A stretch of 64,000 nt of DNA from NCBI RefSeq assembly GCF_022045235.1, contig NW_027266319.1:63426001-63490000 (forward strand), in the 5' to 3' direction. This document shows positions 50,231 to 63,665 of this stretch, in pieces (the stretch's first letter is position 1; every line of letters begins with the position of its first letter). The DNA comes from Haliotis cracherodii (Eukaryota). Both the position numbers and the translations under genes were made by a program. Below the pieces are notes generated by a model that saw only the letters and a program-made list of their open reading frames with translations, was not told where the DNA came from and searched no databases.

Positions 50231-52002
50231 TATAACCTTTGGTTTAAACTGGATTTTGCCATGTCTTTTATAATCGGTTGACATTTGGTGATGTTAACAC
50301 TCAATTGTATCCATTGCCACAAAATATGTCCTTTTATAAACAAATAATAGGAAAGACTATTCCAACATTTGCCTTGATTGAAGTTGTGATTCTTCCCTTA
50401 CTGGTATTTTGGATGATATTCAAAGGAATTCATACCGGTCTTGACTGATGCCAGTGTTTAAGCTGCGCTGGACAGTGTGCACCGAGCTGTAGAACTCTCT
50501 ACTATGGCTGGGGTCGAACTGAAAACCATACAAGATTCTTAAGACAGAATCAAAGTGGTTCTTATCGTAATCGCTTGATATGTATCAGGCGGGATATTCC
50601 AAACTGACACAGCAGGGATCTGACAACTATATTAAAACTGGAGAACTGACACCCTCCAACTCACCATGATATGAAACGATCTGGCTAACTTTCGCCGCTG
50701 TTTCATTTCGCCTCTCTAAACATTTTGCTTTGACAGAAGAAAAGAAAAGTGTTTCTGGCTAAAAAATGTAAGATGCTAACATAAAAAAACACCATGAAAG
50801 ATTTTCAATTGATCCGGGGTCATATCTTGCTGATAGAGACCGTGGTGTTTGCTTTGGCTTAAACAAAAGCTGCATTCAAATCTAGGTTTTCATTAGGAAT
50901 GGCTTGGCATGGCAAATATTTCAAGTTTGACACAGCGGCTCAAGTTCCCTTCACCCCAAGACGCAAGAACCATTCAAAACAAAAGTAGAATTTGCTTGAA
51001 AAACGTAAATGGGTGAGTTGATTGAATCCTGTTGGTGGGAATATACACTCGAGGCCTTATTATCGTCTCGAGTTAACGCGTCGAGTTAATTTGCTGCGCA
51101 TTCCAATCGTAATATAATTCTATTCACTGGCATGGTGTATTTACTAAATTTGAAACGCGATTACTAAAGACGTGAAAGTGAGACTGGATTGAAGGGTAGA
51201 TTGGTGAAAATTACCAAGGTCAACTCGTGTCACGCTATTGCTTGTTCTCAACATCCAACAACGCTAATCTACTAACAAGAACATGCTTCCAAGCAAACGG
51301 GATAAATATATGTAAGTAATAGCACCTATTGTTAAAGCGAACAATGGACGCTCGTGCAGACGCAAGCACGGGGAAATGTTCAAATAGGTATATTTACTGT
51401 TTAGGGGATTTATTTCAACGTTATCAAGATATCGGAGTCTCCCCCTTCCTCTTACTTTCAGTTTATCTCAAATCTACAAGTGTCTATATACGTGCATGCA
51501 ATTGTTCGTTGCAAAACTTGTCATGTTTTACAAAACGGAGAGAAGTTTAGTTTCAAATAATTATCAGTAATTATCTTTACTCAATACGTCAACAGGGGAC
51601 GTATTTCAAAAGTTAAGGATATTTTGACACGTGACAGAATTGAGACAGCATGGTATCTTGTCACAACTTGTATATAGATCGTAATCAAATGACGATGTAA
51701 TCCCCGCACCCCCCTAGGTAACGCTCTCGTGCGGCATCTGCCTTCTTACTCCCTAGCTCATTGGGCTTATCGTCATATTCCAATCTGGGGGATCAGATTG
51801 AACCCACACACATAGGTGCTGTATTCAGCAAAGGGAGTCCCGCAGATTCCACATGATTACACGTTAGGTTAAATTGCTGAAGTTAAAAAGGCTGATTAAT
51901 CATATTGATGATGATTATTATTATTCAAACTTATGATCATGAAACATGATGATGATAGATATTTTACGATCAGTTTGATCATCATCATATTTTTTGATTT
52001 TT

Positions 52003-52195
52003 TTTGTTTAACGCCGCACTCAGCAATATTCCCGCTATACGACGATGGTCTGTAAATACTCGTGTCTGGATCAGAAAATCCAGTGATCATAAGATTCGAT
52101 CTAGGCAGTTGGGATATGATGACCATCAACCAGGCCGACCAGGCCACCCGATCCCGTTACTCGAATGGTTTTGTATGATGCTGAAGATAAATATA
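52003..52195 (-). mobile_element. SINE family D, diverged
   Basis: TTTAACGCCGCACTCAGCAATATTCC...CACCCGATCCCGTTA. Confidence 0.75.
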
Positions 52196-52566
52196 TCATG
52201 AAGATTTTAAATCAACGATAATTGTGATGATGGCGATGTTAAGGAGCTGGGTGTAATGATTATCATAAAAATGATAAACATGTTTTTGTCGGTAGCTATG
52301 AATTTTTAAAGCAGTGTTAGAAACTAGACATGTTTTCGAAGGAACGGGATGTCGTTATCTGCTCACGCGGAGAGCATAATAGTCTCCTTCTACTTGGCCA
52401 GCAAAGCACGAGACCATCCCAAATTGATGAAGACTGGAATGATGGGGAGGGTTTGGAGAAGAAAGTCAATTATAAGTACGAGTGCATTAAAGTGTGTGTT
52501 TCGATAAAGGATTACAAATCGAAATCGGTGCGGTGGTGTTATATCGTTCGCATATCACGCCGAAGA

Positions 52567-52846
52567 GTGAGTCAGTGAGTTCGATTTAACGCCGCTTTTA
52601 ACAGTATTCCAGTTATATCACGTCGTGTCAGCTTAATGTGGGAGGAAAGCCCGAAGTGATGCAGGTCTCAGACGTTTACCACTTCGGTGAAACCCACGAG
52701 CACGGGTATGGTGCTGACAAACCTAGAAACTTAATTGGGGCGAACCGGGATTCGAACCCACAATCATAGGTTTCTCGCGTGCCCAAGGGACGCAACTCTC
52801 CATGCGAATCGCGGCGCCTTAGACGACTGGGCTACACGTGCCCCCC
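52567..52846 (-). mobile_element. SINE family B nested in an old family A copy
   Basis: 11-bp TSD CACGCCGAAGA at 52556-52566 and 52847-52857. The flanks rejoin into family A sequence. Confidence 0.92.
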
Positions 52847-53019
52847 CACGCCGAAGACATGTTCTATTCACCACATAGGTACAGTGTGTAAAGCTAACAA
52901 GAGTTTCCCCCGCCGTGTTATTGCTGGAAACAAGGAGCAAACCAATACTGATTCACTCACAAATAAATAAATATCAAGCCATATAGCCACTTATTTCAAA
53001 CATTTGTATCAAACCCCAC

Positions 53020-53403
53020 AGCAACATCTACGTCAACCTCAACGTAAACTGCCACCTCAACATCATGGCAACAGCAACTTTAACATCATCGTCAACATCC
53101 ACGACAACATCCACGAGAGCGTCCACGGCAACCTCTACGGCAACATATACGTCAATGTCCACGGAAACCTCAACGGCATTATCAACGGCAACGTCAACGT
53201 CAACATTCACGGAAACATTTACGTCAACATTCACGGCGACATTAACGGCAATGTCAACAGCTCCATCAACGGAAACATACATGTCAACACTCACACCGAT
53301 GTCCACGGCAACATCAAAGCCAACATTCACGTCAACGTCCACGGCAACATCCGCGACATAGCCCACGGCAACGTCAACGGTAACATCCAGGGAAATATCC
53401 ACA
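53020..53403. repeat. 12-bp degenerate minisatellite (CACGGCAACATC / AACGTCAACATC)
   Basis: Direct reading; it yields open Asn/Gly/His/Ile/Val-rich and Ser/Thr-rich frames. Confidence 0.85.
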
Positions 53404-54310
53404 TTAAAAAAGAACTATACAAAAAATGTCACTTACTCAACAAGGTTAAACACCAACCACACACAACCACACGTATTAAATATATTTTTATTTTAAAAAT
53501 GGAGAGCTTCGCGCGTTTCCGACCAGCTGAAGAACAAAATTAACCCCCACCTGCATCGTAGACACTTCCACTTGATGCCGTGCACAAGGAGCGAATTCAA
53601 TTATCCTTTAATCCATGCTGTACCTTTCGAGCGATTAACTTCTCTGATTTCAATGTCAGTGTGAATGTGCTATTCATCCAAGTATAAAATTATGGCAATT
53701 GCTTTGATCTTTGAAAGTGATAAGAAGTTTAATCTAAATACTAGACATCATGACGAAAGGATGGCTTTGAAACGCACGGCTCTCAATGACACGGAACTTG
53801 CTCTTTCTCTTAATTGCGTTCACATACGTATGTGATCAGAGTGTATTTGAGGGGAATAGAACAACTTAAAGTTTATATAAATTGGCGGAAATAGTAACTG
53901 CATGTGTGTTTGTTTATTCATCATATTGTGATGTTTTGAATTGGAGGCACGTATAACTCAAGACTTGCATTGGTGTTTATTTGGGATTGAGATGATAAAC
54001 ATTTTTCAAACTTAAATGAAAAGACATTAAAGTTTTAAGTTCACATCCTTCTTATGAAATTTGTTGTAACAACCTTCTGGTTAAATTATTTTTAAATTTC
54101 AATTTAAAGGGTAAGATATTTTAAGTTTTGACATTTTCTTATATCAATAGGGGCGTTAAAGCGATCCCCCGCAGTTATATTGCTGGAATATGATTGGTGA
54201 AATATAACACCTCAACGCCAGAGATACACCAGCCTCGATTATCCGCCGAAACAGATTCCATTGGGCGTAAAAGGCACATAGCGGTGGAAATTATGTGAAT
54301 GGATCACTCA

Positions 54311-54478
54311 GGGCGGTCGGGTGGCCTAGTGGTTAAAGCGTTCGCTCGTCACGCCGAAGACCTGGGTTCGATTCCCGACATGGGTACATTGTGTGAAGCC
54401 CATTTCTGGTGTCCCCCGCCGTGATATTGCTGGAATATTGCTAAAAGCGGCGTAAAACCATACTCACTCACTCACTCA
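54311..54478 (+). mobile_element. SINE family A inserted in another interspersed repeat
   Basis: Near-consensus copy. The flanks CTCGATTATC.GCCGAAACAGATTCC and TCAGTGATG..GGTGTTC.CGAAG match ~39830-39925. Confidence 0.88.
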
Positions 54479-54920
54479 ATGAAAATCAGTGATGGCCCAT
54501 GGTGTTCCCGAAGGGGCTGAACATGTTCTGTCCCACTGGTAGCTTCAGCCAGTCACTGTAAGACTTGGTCTGTCATACAGACCCTGAAACAACTTTATGC
54601 AATAAGCCCATGCAAGTCTATACTATTTAGCAAGTCTAGATGACTGCAGTATCTGAAAATGAAGAGCGTCTTTGGGCTCCTTTTTATTATATTTCATAAC
54701 TATAATAAAACAACTGTTTTTATCTGTAAAAAATGTTTATTTCAGAGACTAGATGTTGGCCTAATTAAAAATCATACTCGGTCACATATGCGTACAATCT
54801 ACAAATCTAATCTGATATGACTTTAACAGTATTTAAACGCGTCAGAAAACCTAACTCATTCGCTCTTTTATTTATGCGCATAAAACGATTTTAAGATACT
54901 TTATGGGTAGCGTTTACATT

Positions 54921-55157
54921 TTGTTTGTTTGTTTGTTAATTTTGTTGTTTAACGCCGCACTCAGCAAATATTTCAGCTATATGACGGCGGTCTATAAATA
55001 ATCGAGTCTGGACCAGACAATCCAGTGATTGACATCATGAGCATCGAACCACGCAGTTGGGATATGATGACATGCACCCGATCCCGTTAGTCGCCTCTTA
55101 CGACAAGTATAGTCACCTTTTACGGCAAACATATATTGCTGAAGACCTATTCTACCA
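54921..55157 (-). mobile_element. SINE family D
   Basis: Matches the 14537 copy with an internal deletion. Confidence 0.85.
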
Positions 55158-55547
55158 TTTTCCCCGAAATATATCGTGTAATTCATTGGATTGTCCATGT
55201 GATAACGACTTTTTTGGTGTGCTGCGTCCTTTGAAACGAACATGCAACAAACACGTATCTAACCATGTCATCGCTATATTCACACCACTGTGATTAGGGC
55301 CAGCTGTTGGAACTGGCAGGTACATCCAGACATAAAGCATGGAATATTTATAACAGTACATTTCTTATTCTAATTTCGTGTAGCTGCACCATGAAAACAT
55401 CGGAATTAGTATGTTATTGTTGAGTTGAAATTAAGATAGAGAAAACCTGCAACGGCTTCTCTTCAGCGATAACCACCAACTGTTTGTTTAGATGCTCGAT
55501 ATAGATAGTGGTTGATAGTGAATTGATAAAGATTGTTGCGTGTTGGG

Positions 55548-58500
55548 TATGTGGGATTGTGAAGGGTGTGGGGTGATGGTGATGTGGGATTGTGAAGGAT
55601 GGGGTGACGGTGATGTGGGGTGAAGGTGATGTGAGGTGACGGTGATGTGAGACTGTGAAGGGTGTGGGGTGACGGTGATGTGGGGTGAATGTGATGTGGG
55701 ATTGTGAAGGGTGTGGGGTGAAGGTGATGTGTAATGACGATTATGTGGGGTGAAGATGATGTTGGGTGACGATTATGTGGGGTGACGGTGATGTGGGATT
55801 GTGAAGGGTGTGGGGTGAAGGTGATGTGGGGTGAAGGTGATGTGGGGTGACGGTGATGTGGGACTGTGAAGGGTGTGGGATGACGGTGATGTGGGATGAC
55901 GGAGATGTGGGGTGACGGTGATGTGGGGTGACGGTGATGTGGGGTGAAGGTGATGTGGGGTGACGGTGATGTGGGGTGACGGTGATGTGGGGTGACGGTG
56001 ATGTGGGACTGTGAAGGGTATGGGGTGACGGTGATGTGGGACTGTGAAGGATTAAAGGTGAAGGTGATGTGGGATTGTGAAGGGTGTCGGGTGATGGTGA
56101 TGTGGGATTGTTAAGGGTGGGGTGACGGTGATGTGAGGTGACGTTGATGTGGGACTTTGAACGATGTGGGATGACGGTGATGTGGGGTGACAGTGATGTG
56201 GGATGACGGTGATGGGAGACTGTGAAGGGTGTGGGATGACGGTGATGTGGGATGACGGAGATGTGGGGTGACGGTGATGTGGGGTGACGGTGATGTGGGG
56301 TGACGGTGATGTGGGGTGACGGTGATGTGGGATGACGGTGATGTGGGGTGAAGGTGATGTGGGACTGTGAAGGGTGTGGGGTGACGGTGATGTGGGACTG
56401 TGAAGGGTGTGGGGTGACGGTGATGTGAGGTGACGGTGATGTGGGACTTTGAACGATGTGGGATGACGGTGATGTGGGGTGACGGTGATGTGGGATGACG
56501 GTGATGTGAGACTGTGAAGTGTTTTGGGTGACGGTGATGTGGGGTGACGGTGATGTGCGACTGTGAAGGGTGTGGGGTGACGGTGATGTGGGATGACGGA
56601 GATGTGGGGTGACGGTGATGTGGGGTGACGGTGATGTGGGGTGACGGTGATGTGGGGTGACGGTGATGTGGGATGACGGTGATGTGGGGTGACGGTGATG
56701 TGGGACTGTGAAGGGTGTGGGGTGACGGTGATGTGGGACTGTGAAGGGTGTGGGGTGACGGTGATGTGGGGTGACGGTGATGTGGGGTGACGGTGATGTG
56801 GGACTGTGAAGGGTGTGGGGTGACGGTGATGTGGGGTGACGGTGATGTGGGACTGTGAAGGGTGAGGGATGACGGTGATGTGGGATGACGGTGATGTGGG
56901 ATGACGGAGATGTGGGGTGACGGTGATGTGGGGTGACGGTGATGTGGGACTGTGAAGGGTGTGGGGTGACGGTGATGTGGGATGACGGAGATTTGGGGTG
57001 ACGGTGATGTGGGGTGACGGTGATGTGGGGTGACGGTGATGTGGGACTGTGAAGGGTGTGGGATGATGGTGATGTGGGATGATGGAGATGTGGGGTGACG
57101 GTGATGTGGGGTGACGGTGATGTGGGATGACGGTGATGTGGGACTGTGAAGGGTGTGGGGTGACGGTGATGTGGGACTGTGAAGGGTGTGGGGTGACGGT
57201 GATGTGGGGTGACGGTGATGTGGGGTGACGGTGATGTGGGACTGTGAAGGGTGTGGGGTGACGGTGATGTGGGGTGACGGTGATGTGGGGTGACGTTGAT
57301 GTGGGACTGTGAAGGGTGAGGGATGACGGTGATGTGGGATGACATTGATGTGGGATGACGGAGATGTGGGGTGACGGTGATGTGGGGTGACGGTGATGTG
57401 GGGTGACGGTGATGTGGGATGACGGTGATGTGGGGTGAAGGTGATGTGGGACTGTGAAGGGTGTGGGGTGAAGGTGATGTGGGACTGTGAAGGGTGTGGG
57501 GTGACGGTGATGTGGGATGACGGTGATGTGAGACTGTGAAGTGTTTTGGGTGACGGTGATGTGGGACTGTGAAGGATGTGGGATGACGGTGATGTGGGAC
57601 TGTGAAGGATGTGGGATGACGTTGATGTTGGGTGAAGGTGATATGGAATGACGGTGATGTGGGACTTTGAAGAATGTGGGATGACGGTGATGTGGGATGA
57701 CGGTGATGTGGGATGAAGGTGATGTGGGGTGAAGGTGATGTGGAACGGTGAAGGATGTTGGGTGAAGATGATGTGGGACTGTGAACGATGTGGGGTGACA
57801 GTGATGTGGGGTGACGGTGATGTGGGGAGAAGGTGGTGTTGGGTGACGTTGATGTTTTGGGTGATGGTGATGCAGGATGACGGTGATATGGGACTGTGAA
57901 GGATGTGGGATGATGGTGATGTTGAACTGTGAAGGGTGTGGGGTCACAGTGATGTTGGGTAAAGGTGATGTGGGACTGTGAAGGATGTGGAGTGAAGGTG
58001 ATGTGGAGTGAAGGTGATGTGGGGTGAAGGTGATGTGGGGTGAAGGTAATGTGGGGTGAAGGTGATGTGGGGTGAAGGTGATGTGGAGTGAAGGTGATGT
58101 GGAGTGAAGGTGATGTGGGGCGAAGGTGATGTGGGGTGAAGGTGATGTGGGGTGAAGGTGATGTGGGACTGTGAAGGATGTAGAGTGAAGGTGATGTGGG
58201 GTGAAGGTGATGTGGGACTGTGAAGGATGGGGAGTGAAGGTGATGTGGGGTGAAGGCGATGTGGGGTGAAGATGATGTGGAGTGAAGGTGATGTGGGACT
58301 GTGGAGGATGTGGGGTGAAGGTGATGTGGGGTGAAGGTGATGTGGAGTGAAGGTGATGTGGGGTGAAGCTGATGTGGGACTCTGAAGGATGGGGAGTGAA
58401 GGTGATGTGGGGTGAAGGCGATGTGGGGTGAAGATGATGTGGAGTGAAGGTGATGTGGGACTGTGGAGGATGTGGGGTGAAGGTGATGTGGGGTGAAGGT

Positions 58501-59050
58501 GATGTGGAGTGAAGGTGATGTGGGGTGAAAGCGACGTGGGGTAAGGCGATTCGGACTGTGAAGGATGGGGAGTGAAGGTGATGTGGGTTGAAGGGTGTGG
58601 GGTGAAGGTGATGTGGAATGACGGTGATGTGGGACTGTGAAGGATGTGGGATGACGGTGATGTGGGGTGACGTTGATGTGGGATGAAGGTGATGTGGGGT
58701 GAAGGTGATGTGGAATGACGGTGATGTGGGGTGAATGTTTTGTCAGGGGTAAGGAGATGTGGAGGTGAAGGTGTTATTCGGGGGTGAAGGTGATGTTGGG
58801 TATATTGGAAGATTTATGGTGAAGGTACAGGTTCTGTGAGGTGACGGTAAGTAGGGTTGATAGGTGATGTGGGGTGAAGGTGATGTGGGGTGAAGGTGTT
58901 TTTAGGTGAATGTTTTGTCAGGGGTAAGGAGATGTGGAGGTGAAGGTGTTATTCTGGGGTGAAGGTGATGTTGGGTGAATTGGATGATTTATGGTGAAGG
59001 TACAGGTTATGTGAGGTGACGGTAAGTAGGGTTGATAGGTGATGTGGGTC
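55548..59050. repeat. G-rich 17-bp minisatellite array 1
   Basis: GTGA(C/A)GGTGATGTGGGG units interspersed with ACTGTGAAGGGTGTGGGG units. Confidence 0.97.
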
Positions 59051-59322
59051 TAATTATGACGGGTCAGCGTATGTGTTCTGGTCTCTGTAGCTACCAGCAG
59101 TTTTCAGATAAACAGGTTTAATCAATATGTACCCAGGATATGCGGTATAATAAGAACCTTTTAAACCGTTTTATTCAAATAATTTTAGAAAAAAACTAAT
59201 CCGATATTCCTAAGATAAAACCTGCAACGGTTTCTCTTCAGCGATAACCACCAACTGTTTGTTTAGATGCTCGATATAGATAGTGGTTGATAGTGAATTG
59301 ATAAAGATTGTTGCGTGTTGGG

Positions 59323-59980
59323 TATGTGGGATTGTGAAGGATGTGGGGTGACGGTTGTGTGGGACTGTGAAGGATGTGGGGTGAAGGTGAGGTGGGGTGA
59401 AGGTGATGTGGGATTGTGAAGGATTAGGGGTGACGGTGATTCGAGGTGAAGGTGATGTGGGATTGTGAAGGATTAGGGGTGACGGTGATGTGCGGTGACG
59501 GTGATGTGGGGTGAAGGTGATGAGGGTTTGAGGGTGATGTGGGGTGAAGGTGATGTGGAGTGAAGGTGATGTGGGGTGACGGTGATGTGGGGTGACGGAG
59601 ATGTGGGGTGAAGGTGATGTGGGTTTGAGGGTGATGTGGGGTGAAGGTGATGTGGAGTGAAGGTGATGTGGGGTGACGGTGATGTGGGGTGACGGAGATG
59701 TGGGGTGAAGGTGATGTGGGTTTGAGGGTGATGTGGGGTGACGGTGATGTGGGGTGAAGGTAATGTGGGGTGACGGTGATGTGGGGTGAAGGTGATGTGG
59801 GGTGAAGGTGATGTGGGGTGACGGTGATGTGGGGTGAAGGTGATGTGGGGTGAAGGTGATGTGGGGTGAAGGTAATGTGGGGTGACGGTGATGTGGGGTG
59901 ACGGTGATGTGGGGTGAATGTTTTGTCAGGGGTAAGGAGATGTGGAGGTGAAGGTGTTATTCGGGGGTGAAGGGGATGAT
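59323..59980. repeat. G-rich 17-bp minisatellite array 2
   Basis: Same unit, leader and trailer as array 1. Confidence 0.95.
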
Positions 59981-61563
59981 ATTCTCAGGTGATGGAGATA
60001 ACTACAGCTCAAACATGTGGTGACATCTTCATCTTCAGTCACGGATTTACAGGTAGTTAGTGTTTCTTCTTTCAGGATCGTTAATTCATAAATATGTACT
60101 TTATTATTTATTAGTAAAAAATGAAAGAAATTCAATGGCTAAAGAAGTCCAATAACATTCATAATATTTCCAACTGCAAATTTGACGTTTCCAGAGCACC
60201 CCCCCCCCCCCACAATCCCCCCCCCCCCCCCCCCCAACCCCCGCCCATAAAAGGATCCATATCATGCCTCTGTTTGCAAAACACAAATGTAATTTTAACA
60301 TATTTCCCCAAACAAATAATCTGCACAATACCATATCATCATCATTTTAAAATTGTGTTAAAACAAATAGAAACAGGGGAGATGCTAACAATGGATTTAA
60401 TAGAAAGCGTTTAATGATCAGGTAAACATTCCTTGACATAAGAGAAATGCGTTAGAATGCTTGACAGGGAGAGTTCTCAAAACCGGTACATGTGGACATC
60501 AGGACGGTGTCCAGTGTCTGAGGTCTAATGAAAGGCGACATGACCTTTCTACATACATGTCCCCTTACACGGCATCTCATCATCATTATTTCAAAACAGT
60601 TGATCTTCATTACACATAGTTGAAAGGTGTGTTTTAATAAATTTGTTTTCGAAAGGCGCTAATGTAACAGATAAATCAAATGAAACATGGCACTGTGTCC
60701 AAGACACCCACGTCAATCACTCCACAAGTTGATACCCATTTTTCAACGCCATCGTAATGAATGTGTAAACAAAAGTGTTTTAAATGTCGCCCAAAGCGTG
60801 AGCGACGACCGCATGATGGAGCGATCTCGTATTATCTCGGGTGTTATCGGTGATAGCGAGATGTAAAGTAGTCACGTGACCTATAACAACCCGTCAGCTG
60901 CCCAGTGGCCCCGAAGGTAACTGAGAAAATGGCTCTATGCCACCTGAGATCTTCCACACACAGATACCGCGTGCTTGGGTTTCAAGCCACATTAAGACAG
61001 CTTTACAATGCAATTTTGCGAAACAGTTATTGTAAACGATCTGATGTGATGATAAGGTTTATATTATTAACCAACTGCTGTATTTCATGTCCAGGGATAT
61101 TATGAGAGACATATGGTGTGGTGATAATTTTTAAATGGCATGTTTTACTGACAAGGGAATATGGTATTTTTCGTCAGTTACATAACATATGCGAGTCAGT
61201 GGTAGGAACGAATGAGGAATAACATGCTTTTTCACCTAATGCCGTGGCAGTGTGGTTAAAGACATGAGAAAAAAATAAAAAAATGATATATCATCCTATG
61301 CACATAAGGTTACGTAAAACATTTTGCTAAATGAATTTCCAAAAGAAAAGCGTTCGAAATGCAGAAAAAAACTAAAAATAACAGAAAAATGGTTAAATGA
61401 CAGTTCATTGATATCATGGCGTGAAGCCTGGTATGACAGACAAGCCCTCGATGGCACAGGTTATATATTGATGTCTGTGATGGTGCCGACAGATCAAAGG
61501 TCACCATTTTTGTTTCAAACCAGCGGATTCGGGTAGCTATGGGTCAAGCCAATGGGCCACCAG

Positions 61564-61825
61564 TTTGTTTGCTTGTTTGTTCAACGCCGCACTCAGCAAT
61601 ATTCCAGCTATATGACGGCGGTCTGTAAATAATCGAATCTGGACCAGACAATCCAAAGATTGATATCATGAGCATCTATCTACGCAATGGGGATACGATG
61701 AAATGCATCAACCAAGTCAGCGAGCCTGACCACCCGATCCCGTTAGTCGACTCTTACAAGCACATTTGTCTCTTGCGACAGGCATGGGTTGCTGAAGACC
61801 TATTCTACCTCGGATCTTCACGGGA
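61564..61825 (-). mobile_element. SINE family D, full length
   Basis: Matches the 14537 copy end to end. Confidence 0.88.
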
Positions 61826-63412
61826 CGGGGCCACTAATAAGTTCGCAACCCACTATTATGTGTGTCTCAGTTGTAAATACACCGAGGAATTTTCCCCATG
61901 CAAGGGCGTTAACTGACAATAAAGTCCAGTTTCGACCCTTGCCTAAATAGGCTGGAATTTCAATACTCGATCCGCCACCAGTTGCTATAACGAGTCATGT
62001 CCCTTCTGTGTCCCTCCTATTGACCAATCAGATTCCATCTCTCATATCACTTGCGTTTGCTTGAAATAGAATGTCGGCGACTAATCATTATGATAGGATC
62101 GATAATCAAGATCTATAGTGTAATAAAACGGGTCCCGCGAAGTGCATCAAATCACTTGAACACCTTGTTTAAGAAACATAAAAGATTTGCAAAATATCTG
62201 TCGTCACCCACTTCACGGTACACATGCTTTGCATTTCCTGCAGTCGACTGAAATCTGCACGTTGAAATCCATGTTGTGTACGAACCGGATGTCTAGTTTA
62301 TTGCGCGAGTTTGATTGGACATTTAACCATCCAAATTGTAACGCCAGAATTCCAGTCAAGTTCGGCAAGGATGGAAACTGGACATTTACAGTCAGTTAAC
62401 TCCCTTGCCTCAAGAAGATGGCACCGTGGTTAAAAACGGCAAAATACAAGGGTCATAATCGGTGCGAATCTAGGATTCGAACCGACGCCCAACGGAACCT
62501 GGTAGCAAAAGGACGCAAAACCTTCACAAAGATTTGCATTGGGTCCACCACCGGGACACCCGTAACGTTTTCCGATGTGTTTTTTTACAAACGCGTTGTT
62601 GAAAACACCTCGGCTGAAACGAGTCTGGTCAACCCACGCTGACGTCCGCACCTGCCTAACTTCTTTGTCTAATGTTTAAAAAATACCAATACATCATAGC
62701 AAAATGCAAAGCAATGCTGTCCGTATAAAATATGTGCTTTGTAAAAATCCCCCGCACACATGCTATAAAGTTAATTGTGTATAGCTCTATTACAGCGCCT
62801 ATAAAATACTAGTCTTGAAACCGGATATTCTGAATGAACGCGCTACCACCATCAGTAATGTTGGTTAGATACTTAACGCCATGACACTGGAGCATGACAC
62901 TTGAGCATGACACAAGAGCTTGACACTGGCATACCTCAACCATACCACAACGAAAGGAACATAATGTTATTGTTGACAGTAGCTCGTGTTTGCCATACGC
63001 TGATACGAAACTTTGACCAGTTCAGTCAACTCGAAGTCAATTTTATTATCACATAATACATAGTGCTATCGATATGATAAACCAATCCGATAAACATGGT
63101 ATCATGATCTGATAACTATGCAAATTAAGTCACCTTGCTGGAACAACTTTCAAGGTCATATATCGAGGCAGTGCCTTCTTTCTCAATCAACTTTTGACTG
63201 ACGTTCCGATATGCTTTGATTGGGGTCCCCAATTTGTCTCGTGTTTCTGTAGACAGACGTAGCTGTAAGTCATTTCGCGCTATATAATAAACACTGTATT
63301 CACTGTATTCATTCCCGGTTTATGAAGCTACTTCCTTGAGAATAAAATTACTACAACATCCATTACTTTAAGAAACTATTCTAAGATAGCATATACCTAA
63401 TGGTCGTGAATC

Positions 63413-63575
63413 GGGGCGGTCGGGTAGCCTAGTGGTTAAAGCGTTATCTCGTCACGCCGAAGACCTGGGTTCGCTTCCCGACATGGTTACAATACGTGAA
63501 GCCCATTTCTGGTGTCCCCCGCCGTGATATTGCTGGAATATTGTTAAAAGCGGCGTAAAACCATACTCACTCACT
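63413..63575 (+). mobile_element. SINE family A with a 13-bp TSD
   Basis: ATGGTCGTGAATC at 63400-63412 and 63576-63588. Confidence 0.93.
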
Positions 63576-63665
63576 ATGGTCGTGAATCACTGCCCCTTAC
63601 ACGACCATGTACCCTGTTGTCGTTTAAAGTCTGGACACAAGATCACACACCCTATCCTGAACTCT

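Noticed and set aside
55741-57947. 534-aa and 631-aa His/Pro/Thr-rich ORFs
   Set aside because: They are products of a 17-bp unit cycling through all frames; the C-rich strand simply lacks stop codons.
61245-61258. TGGCAGTGTGGTTA, matching the 5' part of miR-34
   Set aside because: The 3' part diverges and no precursor hairpin is evident.
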